Positions 24,715 through 40,794 are shown, counted from the stretch's first letter. The stretch: DNA of 64,000 bases from Anaeromyxobacter sp. (GCA_049840735.1 JASGJN010000013.1:160001-224000); one strand, 5' to 3'. The notes: generated by a model not told the origin, from the sequence alone. Numbers and translations are program-made.

Positions 24715-26577
24715 GTGGCGCGCATCCTCCTGGCCGAGGGCCACTCCGAGACCCGTGAGCTCCTGGCCGGCCGCCTCGCCGAGGCCGGGCTCGACGTGGT
24801 CCAGGCTGCGGACGTGGCGCGGGCCTGGGAGGCCGCGCAGGCGGGCCGCCCGGACCTGGTGGTCCTCTCGGCCGACCTCGACGACTGCGTCGGCCTCGCC
24901 ACCCGGCTGCGCGCGGCGGACCCGCGCGTGCTGGTGGTGGCGGTGGACCGCCAGCACCTGGGCGAGGCGCGCGGGGTCCACGCCCTCCTGCCGCTGCGGG
25001 CCGGGGCCTACGTGGCCGACCCCACCAGCCCGGAGCTGGTGGAGAAGGTCCGCCAGCTCCTGGCCCAGCGCGCGGCGGGCGGGAAGTCGCCGCTCCGCGG
25101 CGCGGCCCTGGTGCTGTCGCGCGAGCCGGCGGCGCGCGGCGAGGTGAAGACCGGCGTGGTGGCGCGGCTGCTCCACCAGCTCTGGCGCAACCGCTCGAAC
25201 GGCATCCTGGTGCTGGAGGAGCCGGGGCGCACCCGGCGGCTGCTGGTGCTGCTGGGCGCGCCGGTGGCGGTCGTGTCGGACGATCCCGGCGAGGCCATGC
25301 TCCGGTGGCTGCGCGACCAGGGGCGGCTCAACGCGGCGGCCCACGACGCGGTGCTGGAGGCCATGGCCAGCGGCCAGCCGGCGGTCGAGGCGCTGGTGGC
25401 GGCCGGGGTGCTGGACCAGGGCGAGCCGCTGCAGGCCACGCTGCGCGCCCACCAGAAGGCGCTGGCGGTCCGGGCGGTGGCGGTGCGCCAGGGGCAGTGG
25501 CGGTTCCACGCCGGCGCGGAGCACGCCGCCGAGGTGCAGCCGCTGGAGCTCCTGCCGCTGCAAATCATCCTCGAGGGGGCCCGGGGCGGGATCCCGGCCC
25601 GGCACTTCGCCGAGGCGCTGCGCGCGGTCACCGACGCCTACCCGGCCCGCACCGCCGAGTTCGACGCCCTGCTGCCGGCCGCCGGCCTGGGCGGCGCCGA
25701 CCTGCGGCTGGCGCTGGCCATCGACGGGAGCCTCTCCACCCGCGCCTTCGTGGAGTCGCGCGGGGCGGCGGACATGAAGGACGCGCTGCTCCTGCTCTGG
25801 TTCCTCTCCATGGTGGGCGCGGTGGCCTTCCACCAGGCGCCCGCCGGCGAGGCGCCCGCCGAGGCGCCGGCCGCGCCGCGCCGCCCGCCGCTGCCGGCGG
25901 AGCGGGCCGAGGCGCTGCGCCAGGCCGCGCTGCGGATCGTCCCCGGCTCCTACTACCACGCGCTGGGCGTGGACATCGCCGCCGACGCCGCCGAGGTGGA
26001 GCGCGCCTTCCGCGAGGTGGGCAGCCGCTGGCACGCCGACCAGTTCGCGGCCTACGACACCGGCGACCTCTCCGACCTGCTGGCCGCGGTGCAGGACAAG
26101 GTCAACGCCGCCTACCGCGTCCTCTCCAGCGACGAGAAGCGGCGCGGCTACCTCTCCTTCCTGCTGCTCCGCTTCGAGCTCTCCGGCGTGCGCCGCCCCG
26201 GCATCGACGTGGACGCCGAGGTGGCCTTCAAGCGCGGCGAGCGGGCCCTGCGCGAGCGCAAGCCGGCCGCGGCCCTGGGCGCGCTGCGCGAGGCGGCGAG
26301 GCGCAACCCGCGGGAGCCGGAGTACGCGGCGCTGCTCGCCTTCGCCACGCTGCACGACCCGACGCTGGGGCCGGCGGAGCGCGCCGAGGAGGCGCGCCGG
26401 GCGGCCCGGCAGGCGCTGGAGCTGGCCCCCGAGCACGCCCGCACGCGGGCGGTGGCGGCGCTGGCCGAGGCCGCCGCCGGCGACCGCGCCGCGGCCCGCA
26501 AGCACGTGGCCGAGGGGCTCCGCAGCCACCCGGACTCCGAGCTGCTGAAGAAGGTCGCGGAGCGGGTGCGGGCTTGA
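24715..26577 (+). CDS. pseudo-receiver / DUF4388-like / J-like / TPR multidomain protein
   Basis: N-terminal REC-like fold (ARILLAEG, PDLVVLSAD); SYYHALGV..EVERAF..RWHADQF..VNAAYRVLS..RRGY J-like domain; C-terminal TPR-like helices. Confidence 0.75.
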   Translation: MARILLAEGHSETRELLAGRLAEAGLDVVQAADVARAWEAAQAGRPDLVVLSADLDDCVGLATRLRAADPRVLVVAVDRQHLGEARGVHALLPLRAGAYVADPTSPELVEKVRQLLAQRAAGGKSPLRGAALVLSREPAARGEVKTGVVARLLHQLWRNRSNGILVLEEPGRTRRLLVLLGAPVAVVSDDPGEAMLRWLRDQGRLNAAAHDAVLEAMASGQPAVEALVAAGVLDQGEPLQATLRAHQKALAVRAVAVRQGQWRFHAGAEHAAEVQPLELLPLQIILEGARGGIPARHFAEALRAVTDAYPARTAEFDALLPAAGLGGADLRLALAIDGSLSTRAFVESRGAADMKDALLLLWFLSMVGAVAFHQAPAGEAPAEAPAAPRRPPLPAERAEALRQAALRIVPGSYYHALGVDIAADAAEVERAFREVGSRWHADQFAAYDTGDLSDLLAAVQDKVNAAYRVLSSDEKRRGYLSFLLLRFELSGVRRPGIDVDAEVAFKRGERALRERKPAAALGALREAARRNPREPEYAALLAFATLHDPTLGPAERAEEARRAARQALELAPEHARTRAVAALAEAAAGDRAAARKHVAEGLRSHPDSELLKKVAERVRA

Positions 26578-26605
26578 GCCCGCGGTCCACCGGCGGGGCC
26601 GCGGC

Positions 26606-27574
26606 TCAGGCCGCCGAGCCGACCTGGCCCTGCGCCGCCTGGCCCTGGCGCACCACGTCCGCCAGCGCGGCGATGAAGTCCGGGCGCACGCCCAGCGCCG
26701 GCACGCGGCGGTAGGCGGTGGCGCCGCCCTTCTCCGCCGCCTCCCTCGCCAGGATGTCCATGTCGTAGAGCGTCTCGAGGTGCTCGGAGACGAAGGCGAT
26801 GGGCACCGTGACGATGGCGCGGCCGCGCGCGCTCGCGGCCAGGTACTCGGTGGTGTCGGGGCCCAGCCACCTCGCCGGACCCACCTTGCTCTGGTAGGTG
26901 ACCTGGAAGTCGGTCACGCTGGCGCGGCGCGCCGTCTCGGCCGAGGAGTGCTCGACGTAGCCGGGGTACGGGTCGCCCTTGCGCACCTGGCTCATGGGCA
27001 GCCCGTGGGCGGAGAAGATCACCTTCACCCGCCCCTGCTCCTCCGCCGGCAGCCGCGCGATGGTCTCGCGCAGCGCCGCCGCCGAGGCGTCCAGGTAGCC
27101 GGCGTGGTCGTGCCAGGTGCAGATCTCGGCCAGCGGCCGGTCCTGGGGCCACAGCCGGCGCAGCTCCAGCAGCGAGCTGCGGGTGGTGGCGTTGGCGTAC
27201 TGCGGGTAGAGCGGCAGCGCCACGGCCTGCGTGGCTCCGGCGGCCAGCGCGTCGCGCACGCCCTCGGCGGTGCTGGGGTGGCCGCAGCGCATGGCCAGGT
27301 GGCAGGACCAGCCCGGCCCCAGGGCTGCCTGCAGCGCCCGGGCCTGCGCCTCCGTCCCCTCCACCAGCGGCGACTTCCCGCCGATGAGCGCGTACTTCCC
27401 GGCCGAGGACGGCGCGCGGAAGTGGCTCACCAGCTTCGCGAAGAGCGGGCGGAGCGGGCCGAAGGGCGCCGAGACCACCAGCGGATCCGAGAACAGCTCG
27501 TAGAGGTAGGGCTCCACCTCCTCGAGGTTCCGCGGACCGCCCAGGTTCATCAGGAAGACGGCGGTGTGGGCCAT
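26606..27574 (-). CDS. hemH: ferrochelatase
   Basis: LMNLGGP, IGGKSPL, PLYPQY, FSAHGLP, YQSKVGP..WLGP, FVSEHLETLYDMD. Confidence 0.96.
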   Translation of the reverse strand: MAHTAVFLMNLGGPRNLEEVEPYLYELFSDPLVVSAPFGPLRPLFAKLVSHFRAPSSAGKYALIGGKSPLVEGTEAQARALQAALGPGWSCHLAMRCGHPSTAEGVRDALAAGATQAVALPLYPQYANATTRSSLLELRRLWPQDRPLAEICTWHDHAGYLDASAAALRETIARLPAEEQGRVKVIFSAHGLPMSQVRKGDPYPGYVEHSSAETARRASVTDFQVTYQSKVGPARWLGPDTTEYLAASARGRAIVTVPIAFVSEHLETLYDMDILAREAAEKGGATAYRRVPALGVRPDFIAALADVVRQGQAAQGQVGSAA

Positions 27575-27579
27575 GCCGG

Positions 27580-28956
27580 CTAGACCGTCCGCGAGAACTG
27601 CTTCTTGCCCCCGGCCTTGCGCAGGTAGGCGTCGAAGAGCATGGCCACGTTGCGCACCAGCAGCTGCCCCAGCGGCGTCACGCGCAGCAGGGTGCCGTCG
27701 AAGGTGACCAGCCCGTCCTCCTGCAGCTCCTTCACGCCGCCGGCCAGGTCGGCCTCCAGCGCGGCGCGGGCCTCGGGGCCGAACCGGGTGGCGATCTCGG
27801 CCAGGTCGAGCTTGAGCAGGCACATCACCCGGTTGATGGCGAAGCGGCGCATCACGTCGTCGGCGCTCATGGAGCTGCCGCGCTCGACCGGCACCACGCC
27901 GGCCTCCACCTGGGCGGCCCAGTCCTTCAGCTTGTGCGCGTTCTGGGCGTAGGCGCCGCCGATGTCCGAGATGGAGGTCATGCCGAAGGCGACGGTGTCG
28001 TCGGCCGGGCGGACCGTGTAGCCCTGGAAGTTGCGGTACAGGAACCCGCCGTCCTGGGCGTGCGCCAGCTCGTCCGACTCCAGCGCAAAGTGGTCCAGGC
28101 CGATCAGCCGGTAGCCGCTGCGGGTGAAGGCCTCCACCGAGGAGAGGAACAGCTCCACGCGCTGCTCGGTCTTGGGCAGCGCCTCCTGCGGGAGCAGCCG
28201 CTGGTGCGGCTTCGACCAGGGGACGTAGGCGAAGCCGAACACCGCCATGCGGTCCGGGTGGATGGCCAGGATCCGCTCCAGCGTGCGGGTCCAGGTCTCC
28301 GGGGTCTGGTAGGGCAGGCCGTAGATCAGGTCGAGGTTCACGCCCTTGAAGCCGTTGGCGCGCGCGGCGGCCACCAGGTCGGCGGTCTCCTTCTCGCCCT
28401 GGATGCGCCCGACCACCTGCTGCACCTTGTCGTCGAAGTCCTGCACGCCCATGGAGATCCGGTTGAACCCCAGCCGGGCCAGCGTCTCGATCTGCGCGCG
28501 GGTGGTGATGGCCGGGTCGATCTCGATGGCCTTCTCCACGTCCTTCGTGAAGGTGAAGTGGCGGCCCAGGATCTCGTGGCAGCGGACCAGCTGCCGCTCG
28601 TCGAGGAAGGTGGGGGTGCCGCCGCCCCAGTGGAGCTGCGAGACCTCGCGCCGGTCGGGCAGCCGGGCCGCCACCAGCGCGACCTCCTTCTCCAGCACGT
28701 CCAGGTAGCCGTCGGCGCGCGAGCGGTCGTGGGTGGCGATGACGTTGCACCCGCAGAACCGGCACATCTCGCGGCAGAACGGGAGGTGCACGTAGAGCGA
28801 GAGCGGCCCCTGGGCGGCGTTGGCGCGCGCCAGGTGGTCCTGGTACTGGGCCGGGCCGAACGCCTCCGACCACTCGGGCGCGGTGGGGTAGCTGGTGTAC
28901 CGGGGCCCGGGCCGGTCGTACTTCCTGATGAGCTCCCAGGACGGGATCTGGAGCAT
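27580..28956 (-). CDS. hemN: oxygen-independent coproporphyrinogen III oxidase
   Basis: GPRYTSYPTA, YVHLPFCREMCRFCGC radical SAM motif, HWGGGTPT, RNFQGY. Confidence 0.96.
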   Translation of the reverse strand: MLQIPSWELIRKYDRPGPRYTSYPTAPEWSEAFGPAQYQDHLARANAAQGPLSLYVHLPFCREMCRFCGCNVIATHDRSRADGYLDVLEKEVALVAARLPDRREVSQLHWGGGTPTFLDERQLVRCHEILGRHFTFTKDVEKAIEIDPAITTRAQIETLARLGFNRISMGVQDFDDKVQQVVGRIQGEKETADLVAAARANGFKGVNLDLIYGLPYQTPETWTRTLERILAIHPDRMAVFGFAYVPWSKPHQRLLPQEALPKTEQRVELFLSSVEAFTRSGYRLIGLDHFALESDELAHAQDGGFLYRNFQGYTVRPADDTVAFGMTSISDIGGAYAQNAHKLKDWAAQVEAGVVPVERGSSMSADDVMRRFAINRVMCLLKLDLAEIATRFGPEARAALEADLAGGVKELQEDGLVTFDGTLLRVTPLGQLLVRNVAMLFDAYLRKAGGKKQFSRTV

Positions 28957-28970
28957 GGTGCGGTGCCTTC

Positions 28971-30017
28971 CTAGAGGGCCAGCGCGTGCACGGCGTCCAC
29001 CACGGCCTTCACCGTGGCGGGGGGCGTGCCGACCTGGATGCCGTGGCCCAGGTTGAAGATGTAACCCGGCGCCGGACCGGCCGCCCGGGCCAGCGCCACC
29101 GCGCGGGCCACGGCGTTCCCGGCGGGGCCCAGGAGCAGCGTGGAGTCGTAGTTGCCTTGCACGGCCAGGCCGGGCACGCGGGCCCGCGCCTCGTCGATAG
29201 GGATGCGCCAGTCCACCGAGAGGACGTCGTAGCCCAGCGTGGCCAGCCGCTCGAGGTGGGCGGTGGTGCCGGTGGAGAAGAAGATGGCCGGGACGCCCGC
29301 CTTGCGGACCGCCTCGGCGATGCGGGCCAGGTACGGGAAGGCGAACTCCTCCAGGTCCTCGCGCGCCAGCTCGCCCAGCCAGCTCTCGAAGATCTGCGCC
29401 GCCTCGGCGCCGGCCGCGATCTGCGCCTCGATCTGCACGATGGCGGCGCGGGTGAGCTTGTCGAAGAGCGCGTGGGCCGCGGCCGGATCGCTCCAGAGCA
29501 GCGTCTTCAGCCGGGTGAAGCCCTGGCTGCCGCCCTCGACCGCGTAGCTGGCCACGGTGAACGGGCCGCCCACGAAGCCGATCAGCGGCACGCGGCCGGC
29601 CAGGCCGCGCTTGATGGCGGCCACGCCGTCCAGCACGTAGCGCAGGTCGCGCTCCGGGTCGGGGACCGTGAGCGCGTCCACGTCGGCGCGGGTCCGGACC
29701 GGGTTGGCGATCTTCGGCCCGCCGTCGCCCTTCCCCTTCTCGCCCTTCTCGAAGGACAGCTCCAACCCCATGGCCGGCAGGTGGACCAGGATGTCGGAGA
29801 ACAGGATGGCGGCGTCGAACCCGAACTCGTCGATGGGCGAGAGGGTGACCTGGGCGATCAGCTCCGGGGAGCGGCACAGCTCCAGGAACCCGACCTTCTC
29901 GCGGACGGCGCGGTAGGAGGGCTGGTACCGCCCGGCCTGGCGCATCATCCAGACGGGGAGGCGGTCGACGGGCTGGCGGCGGCAGGCGGCGAGGAAGCGG
30001 TGGGGCGTGGGGGCCAT
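28971..30017 (-). CDS. hemE: uroporphyrinogen decarboxylase
   Basis: PVWMMRQAGRY, AAILFSDIL, IGFVGGPFT, IFNLGHG. Confidence 0.96.
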   Translation of the reverse strand: MAPTPHRFLAACRRQPVDRLPVWMMRQAGRYQPSYRAVREKVGFLELCRSPELIAQVTLSPIDEFGFDAAILFSDILVHLPAMGLELSFEKGEKGKGDGGPKIANPVRTRADVDALTVPDPERDLRYVLDGVAAIKRGLAGRVPLIGFVGGPFTVASYAVEGGSQGFTRLKTLLWSDPAAAHALFDKLTRAAIVQIEAQIAAGAEAAQIFESWLGELAREDLEEFAFPYLARIAEAVRKAGVPAIFFSTGTTAHLERLATLGYDVLSVDWRIPIDEARARVPGLAVQGNYDSTLLLGPAGNAVARAVALARAAGPAPGYIFNLGHGIQVGTPPATVKAVVDAVHALAL

Positions 30018-30166
30018 GGGGGGCGACAATATAGACCAGGGCCCGGGGGAAAACACGGACTTACCCCACTGACGCGGCCTGCCTGCAGGCCGCGTCCTGC
30101 ACGGGTGGCAAACGGTTGCCTGCGCGCCGCTCGCGCGGCGGTGGGCAGGTTTCGGTACGTGCCGGC

Positions 30167-30454
30167 CTACACGCCCAGCGCCGCCAGCACCTGGGCTGCG
30201 GTTACCCCGGCCGTCCGCACCGTCTTCCGCCGCCCGGTCTCGCCGCGCTGGATCTCCACCGCTGCCTTGCGCACCGAGAGGGCGCCGGCCAGGAACGCGA
30301 TCAGCGCGGCGTTGGCCTCGCCGTCCACGGGCGGGGCCGCCAGCGCGACCTTGAGCCGGCCGTCGTGCTCGCCCACCACCGCGGTGCGCGAGGCACGGGG
30401 CTGGACCAGCACCTCCAGCACCGCGCCGCCGGGCGCGTCGCGGACCCAGGCCAT
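30167..30454 (-). CDS. DUF167 (YggU-like) protein
   Basis: [28 protein letters not shown]. Confidence 0.9.
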   Translation of the reverse strand: MAWVRDAPGGAVLEVLVQPRASRTAVVGEHDGRLKVALAAPPVDGEANAALIAFLAGALSVRKAAVEIQRGETGRRKTVRTAGVTAAQVLAALGV

Positions 30455-31260
30455 CAGCGCATCCCGAGCAGGGCGATGCGGGCCTTGTCGGCCTTCTCGA
30501 CCATGCGGTCGAGGTCCATCACCAGCGTGGCGCCCGCCTCGACGGCCAGCACCCGGCCGCCGGCCTCGCGCAGCGAGTCCACCGTGTCCGGCCCCACGGC
30601 CGGCAGGTCGAAGCGCCGGTCCTGGCCCGGCTTCACCGCCTTCACGACCACGAAGCCGCCGGACCTGGCCAGCTCGCCGCCGCGCCGGATGCAGGCGTCG
30701 GTCCCCTCCAGCGCCTCCACCGCCAGCCCGACCCGATCCTTCACCACCACCGTCTGGCCCAGGTCGAGCTTGCCGATGCCGCGCGCCAGCTCGAGGCCGT
30801 AGCGGGCGTCGGCCAGCTCGTCCTCGCTCGGCTGGTGCCTGCCCATGACCCCCTCGCGCGCCAGCCGGTCGGCCAGGTAGGGCGTGGGGTCGGTGATGGG
30901 CAGGCCCTCCTCCTCGAGGAAGCGGGCCATGGCGCGGAGCAGGTTGTCGTCGGAGCGGATGGCCACGCGGGCCAGCACCCGCAGGCCGGTCGCGTCCAGC
31001 ATGGCGTCGTGGAAGAAGCGGCGCTTGGTGATGGCGCCCAGCATGACCGCCTGCGTGGCGCCGCCGGACTTGAGCGCCTCCAGCAGGTGGCCGATCTGGC
31101 CCAGCTTGATCCAGGTGAGCCCGTCCACCGCCTGCTCCAGCGCCGGGTCGGTCTCGCTGCGGTGGGCCACCGCGACGACGCGGTGGCCGGCCTTGCGGGC
31201 GCTCTCGGCGAACAGCAGGGGGAAGCGGCCGCCGCCGGCGATCAGGCCGATGGTGGCCAT
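30454..31260 (-). CDS. lpxI: UDP-2,3-diacylglucosamine diphosphatase LpxI
   Basis: [41 protein letters not shown]; follows lpxA. Confidence 0.92.
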   Translation of the reverse strand: MATIGLIAGGGRFPLLFAESARKAGHRVVAVAHRSETDPALEQAVDGLTWIKLGQIGHLLEALKSGGATQAVMLGAITKRRFFHDAMLDATGLRVLARVAIRSDDNLLRAMARFLEEEGLPITDPTPYLADRLAREGVMGRHQPSEDELADARYGLELARGIGKLDLGQTVVVKDRVGLAVEALEGTDACIRRGGELARSGGFVVVKAVKPGQDRRFDLPAVGPDTVDSLREAGGRVLAVEAGATLVMDLDRMVEKADKARIALLGMR

Positions 31261-32034
31261 CTACCGGGTGATGCCCCGCTGCGAGGCCTTGAGGAAGGCG
31301 GTCAGGTGGGCGACCTCGGGGGCCGCCCCCAGCTCCGCCTCCAGCTGCGCGATGGCCTCGGCCAGGCCCAGGTTGGAGCGGAAGACGATCTTGTAGGCCT
31401 GCTTCACGCGCCCGACCTGCTCCTCGGTGAAGCCGGCCCGCTGCAGGCCGATCACGTTGAGGGCGGCCAGCTCGGCGCGGGCCCCGGCCACCGTGGTGTA
31501 GGGCGCCACGTCCATCACCACGCCCGTCAGCCCGGAGACGAAGGAGAGCCGGCCGATGCGGCAGAACTGGTGCACGGCGGCCAGGCCGCCCAGGTGCACG
31601 TGGTCCTCGACGGTGACGTGGCCGGCCAGGGCCACGCCGTTCGCGATGATGGCGCCGTCGGCGATGACGCAGTCGTGGCCGACGTGGCTGTAGGCCATGA
31701 ACAGGCAGCCGTTCGCGATTGACGTCACGCCGCCGCCCTGGGCGGTGCCCAGGTTGATGGTGGTGAACTCGCGGAAGGTGTTCCGGTCGCCGATCTCGAG
31801 CCGGGTGGGCTCGCCGCGGTACTTCAGATCCTGCGGCACGCCGCCGATGGCCGCGTGCGGGAAGATCCGGTTCTCCGCGCCCAGCGTGGTCCGGCCGCCC
31901 ACGGTGGCGTGGGCGCCCACCGAGGTGCGCGGGCCGATCACCACGTCCGGCCCGATCACGGCGTAGGGACCGATCTCCGCGCTGGGGTCGACCCGGGCCC
32001 CGTCCTCGACGATGGCGGTGGGGTGGATGGCCAT
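31261..32034 (-). CDS. lpxA: UDP-N-acetylglucosamine O-acyltransferase
   Basis: [38 protein letters not shown] hexapeptide repeats. Confidence 0.96.
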   Translation of the reverse strand: MAIHPTAIVEDGARVDPSAEIGPYAVIGPDVVIGPRTSVGAHATVGGRTTLGAENRIFPHAAIGGVPQDLKYRGEPTRLEIGDRNTFREFTTINLGTAQGGGVTSIANGCLFMAYSHVGHDCVIADGAIIANGVALAGHVTVEDHVHLGGLAAVHQFCRIGRLSFVSGLTGVVMDVAPYTTVAGARAELAALNVIGLQRAGFTEEQVGRVKQAYKIVFRSNLGLAEAIAQLEAELGAAPEVAHLTAFLKASQRGITR

Positions 32035-32046
32035 GACAGGTACCTC

Positions 32047-32535
32047 CTACTCCGCCGGCGGGTCCGCCAGCATGGCCATGAAGTCTGCCTCGGCCACCAC
32101 CTGGCCGTCGACCCTGGCCACGCCGCGCTGCTTCCAGACCGGCCCCTTCTGCTTGATCACCTCGACCTCGAGCTCCAGCCGGTCCCCCGGGACCACCGGG
32201 CGGCGGAACCGCGCCCCGTCGATCCCCATGAGGTAGGTGAGCTTGTCGCTGGAGCTCCCCTGCAGCGTCAGCATGGCCAGCAGTCCGGCGGCCTGGGCCA
32301 GCGCCTCGAGGATCAGCACGCCGGGCATCACCGGCTGGGCCGGGAAGTGCCCGGGGAAGAAGGGCTCGTTCATGGTGACGCCCTTCCAGGCCACCAGCCG
32401 CTTCCCGGACTCGAACGCGACCACCCGGTCCACCAGCAGGAAGGGCGGGCGGTGCGGCAGGAGCTTCATGATGCCCTGCACGTCGAGGACGGGCTTCTGG
32501 CCCTCGGCCGCGGGGGCCCCGGTGGCTTCGCTCAC
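32047..32535 (-). CDS. fabZ: 3-hydroxyacyl-ACP dehydratase
   Basis: [37 protein letters not shown]. Confidence 0.96.
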   Translation of the reverse strand: MSEATGAPAAEGQKPVLDVQGIMKLLPHRPPFLLVDRVVAFESGKRLVAWKGVTMNEPFFPGHFPAQPVMPGVLILEALAQAAGLLAMLTLQGSSSDKLTYLMGIDGARFRRPVVPGDRLELEVEVIKQKGPVWKQRGVARVDGQVVAEADFMAMLADPPAE

Positions 32536-33591
32536 GGCTGCTCTCCCTTCGCGGCCCGGAGCTTCTCCAGCTCCTTCCGCAGCTCCTTCAGCTCCCTGCG
32601 CATGGCCGGCAGGTACTCCAGCGCGGCCGACTGGCGCAGCCACTCGCCGTGCGGGCGGGCCGGGTAGCCGGACACGGTCGCGCCCGGCTCCAGGTCGCTG
32701 TTCACGCCGGACTGCGCGCCGATGCGGGCGCCGGCGCCGATTCTCCAGGTGGCCCACGATCCCGACCTGACCGGCCGCGACCACCCCCATGCCCAGCTTG
32801 GTGGAGCCGGCCACGCCGACCTGCGACACCAGCAGGCAGAGCGGGCCCACCTCGACGTTGTGGGCGATCTGCACCAGGTTGTCGATCTTGGCGCCGCGGC
32901 CGATGCGGGTCACGCCCAGCGTGGCCCGATCGACGCAGGTGTTGGCGCCCAGCTCGACGTCGTCCTCCACCACCACGTGCCCGCTCTGCGGGACCTTGTA
33001 GTGGCGCGGCCCGCTCCCCTCGCCCTCGGGGTCGAACGCGAAGCCGAAGCCGTCCGAGCCGATCACGCAGCCCGGCTGCAGGATGACGCGGTCGCCGATC
33101 ACGCAGCGCTCGCGCACCACCACGTTGGAGTAGAGCAGGCAGTCGGCGCCCACCCGCGCCCCGGCGCCCACGTGCACGCCCGGGTGCAGGATGGTGCGGG
33201 GGCCGATTTCGGCGCCGGCCGCCACGCTGCACAGCGGCATCACCTGCGCGCTGGGGTGCACGCGCGCCGACGGGTGGATCACCGCCGTGGGGGCGATCTC
33301 CGGGGCGGCGGCCGCGGGCGGGTTGAAGAGCGTCGAGATCTTCGCGAAGGCCAGGTAGGCGTTCGCGACCCGCAGCACGGTGCGGCCGGCCGGCACCTCG
33401 GTGCCGGGCTCGACCACCACCGCGCCGGCCCGGGAGGCCTCGAAGGCCTGCCGGTACTTCTTGTTGGAGTAGAAGGAGAGCTGCGCGGGGCCGGCGTCCT
33501 CCAGGGGCGCCACGCCGTCCATCGACAGCCCTCCGTCTCCCGCCACCTCGCCGCCCACGCGGGCGGCCAGCTCCGCGAGCGTGAACGCCAT
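32532..33591 (-). CDS. lpxD: UDP-3-O-(3-hydroxyacyl)glucosamine N-acyltransferase (apparent frameshift ~32740)
   Basis: [37 protein letters not shown]. Confidence 0.95.
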
Positions 33592-33600
33592 GGCGGCCTC

Positions 33601-34176
33601 CTACTTCTTGGCCGGAGCGGCCGGCTTGGCGTCGGCCTTCTTGGCCGGCGCGGCGGCCGCGGGGGCCGGGAACTTGGCGTTGTAGCGGCGCAGCACCTGG
33701 CTGGTGACGTCCATGGCGTCGTTGTAATAGGCGACGCCGGCGGTCACGTCGATCACCAGGTCGAGGCTCTCGGCCTGCGCCACCTCGCGGATGACGCCCT
33801 TGACGCGGTCGCCGATGGGGGCGAGGAGCTTGCCCCGGATGTCGTTCAGCTCCTGGCTGAGCTTGGCCGCCTGCTGCTGGTAGGACTCGAACTTCTTCTG
33901 GAGCGTGCCCTGCCGGTCGCGCATGGCGGACTCGGTCAGGATCGAGGCCTGCTTCTCCAGGTCGGCCTTCTCCTTCTCCAGGTCGGACTCGATGACGGCG
34001 ATCTGCTTCTGGCGGTCCTCGACCTCCTTGCGGAAGGAGGCCTGGGCGGCCTTGCCCTGCTCGCTCTCGTTCAGGACCTTGTTGACGTCCACCACCCCGA
34101 TCTTGGTCTGGGCGGCGGCGGGCAGGGCGGCGGCGAGGGCCAGGGCGGCGAGCGACAGGCGGGCGGTGAGGCGCAT
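33601..34176 (-). CDS. skp: OmpH/Skp periplasmic chaperone
   Basis: Signal peptide, KIGVVDVNKVL, coiled coil, DVTSQVL; between bamA and lpxD. Confidence 0.9.
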   Translation of the reverse strand: MRLTARLSLAALALAAALPAAAQTKIGVVDVNKVLNESEQGKAAQASFRKEVEDRQKQIAVIESDLEKEKADLEKQASILTESAMRDRQGTLQKKFESYQQQAAKLSQELNDIRGKLLAPIGDRVKGVIREVAQAESLDLVIDVTAGVAYYNDAMDVTSQVLRRYNAKFPAPAAAAPAKKADAKPAAPAKK

Positions 34177-34202
34177 GCGGATCTCCGGGGCTCCGTGGGG
34201 AG

Positions 34203-36570
<2,368 letters not shown>

Positions 36571-36650
36571 GGAGCCGCGGAATCTAAACCGGCGTGTCGA
36601 AAACCTCAAACACCTTTGCGACCCACCCTTCCCCACCGGCGTGGGCCCGG

Positions 36651-37321
<671 letters not shown>

Positions 37322-37322
<1 letters not shown>

Positions 37323-39249
37323 CACTCGCTCCGGAGACCGTCGACCGGGTGCAGCCGGGCGGCCTTGGTCGCGGGGTAGAGGGTGGCGAAGTAGGAGAGC
37401 ACCAGCGCGGCCACGGCCACCGAGACGAACTGGCCGGGGTCGATCACCACCGGCAGGTTGCTGATGTAGTAGACCTCCGGATCGAGCGGGATGCCCACCT
37501 TGTCGATGAGCAGGCAGGTCCCGTACCCGAGCACCAGCCCGAAGAACGTGCCCACCGCGCCGATCACGACGCCCTCGGCCACGAAGATCTTCATCACGCT
37601 GGGCACCCCGGCCCCCATCGACTTGAGGACCGCGATCTCCTTGCGCTTCTCCAGCACCTGCATGATCAGCGTGGCCACGATGATGAAGCTGGCCACCAGG
37701 ACGATGAAGCCCAGGATGACCGCCATCACCACCTTCTCCATCTGCAGCGCGGCGAAGAGGTTCCGGTTCAGCTCGCCCCAGTCCTTGGCGTAGTAGGGGA
37801 AGCCGCCCAGGGCGAAGACCACCCGCGCCATGACCGCGCGCGCCTCGTCCACGTTGTGCACCTTCAGCTCCAGGCCCGTGACGGTGTCGGTCCCGAAGAA
37901 CCGCTGGCCCTCGGCCAGGCCGATGTACGCGAACTTGGAGTCGTACTCGTACATGCCGCTGTAGAAGACGGCGGCCACGCGGAAGGCGCGGGCCTTGGGC
38001 TGCGGCCCGGCCGGCCCCAGGTCCCCCATGGGCGAGACCACGTTCAGCTGGTCGCCCACGCCCACCCGCAGCGAGGCGGCCAGCTCGCGCCCCAGCACGA
38101 CGCCGGGCAGCGCCCTGCCGGCGGCCCGGCGCGGCGCGCCGTCCAGCTCGGCGCCGCGCGGCGGCGGGATCTGCTCGGGGTGATCCAGCCAGGCGAGCTC
38201 GCCCGTGTCCACGCTCCGGGCCAGGTCGGTGACGGTGCCCACGGTGGCGGGGTCGATCCCGCGCAGCAGGGCGCCGGTCAGGTTCTGGCCGGTGGTGAGC
38301 ATCACCTCGTTGTAGAGGAAGGGGGTGGCCCCGGCGATGCCGCGGACCCGCAGCACCTTCTCGCGGGCGGAGCGCCAGTCGCCGAACTCGTCCTGCCCGT
38401 AGGAGAGCACCATCCCGTGGGCGGTGTGGCCCAGGATCTTCTTCTTGAGGTCGGCCTCGAAGCCGCTCATCACCGACAGCACCACCGTCAGCGCCCATAC
38501 GCCGATGGCCACGCCGCCGATGGAGATGAGCGTCATGAGCAGCGTGGCCGGCATGCGCGCGCGCTGCGTGAGCTCGCCGCGCCGGTAGGCGCGCCGCTCC
38601 GCGGCGTCGCGCGCGATGGACCAGCCCAGCAGCACCAGCAGGCCGGGGACCAGGCCGGTCACCACCAGCCCGAAGAGCGCGGCCAGGGTCGGGGGCGAGA
38701 GCCGCAGGTGGCTGCGCGCCACGAACAGCTCGTAGGACATGGAGAGGTCGAGCTTGCCGGCCCCGACCGCCAGGTAGGCCAGGGAGGTCCCGGCGAAGAC
38801 GGCCGTGGTGGCCACCGCCCCCAGCCCCAGCAGCGCCAGGACCAGCACCAGCGTGCCCTGCGCCACCAGCGACTGCAGCGCCGGCAGCTGGCGCAGGCCC
38901 GGGAGGAGCACCACGGCCGCCACCGCCGCGGCCCAGAGCAGGAACGTGACCGTGATCTCGTAGAAGGCCAGCCGCCGCCCGGTCAGCGCGGCCAGGCCGC
39001 CCATGAACGCGCCGAAGACGCCGGCGCCGAGCACGGCCAGGCCGGAGGCGACCGCGTCGGGGAGCGAGAGCCGGTCCGCGAACAGCAGGTGGAGGACCGG
39101 CACCAGCCCGATGGTGCCGAGGGTCCCCAGCATCACCAGCAGGAAGGCGCCGACGTGGAACACCGGCGGGGCCGGGTGGCCCTCCGGCGCCGGCGGCGGG
39201 CGGAGGCCCGGGCCGGAGCGGAAGGACGCGGGCGAGGCGGTCGGTCCGG

Positions 39250-39253
<4 letters not shown>
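37322..39253 (-). CDS. lolC: LolC/E family permease with extra N-terminal membrane region
   Basis: [68 protein letters not shown]. Confidence 0.88.

Positions 39254-40794
<1,541 letters not shown>

Noticed and set aside
30107..30120. Possible sigma-54 promoter TGGCAAACGGTTGC
   Set aside because: GG-GC spacing is one base short of -24/-12 and it points against the neighbouring genes
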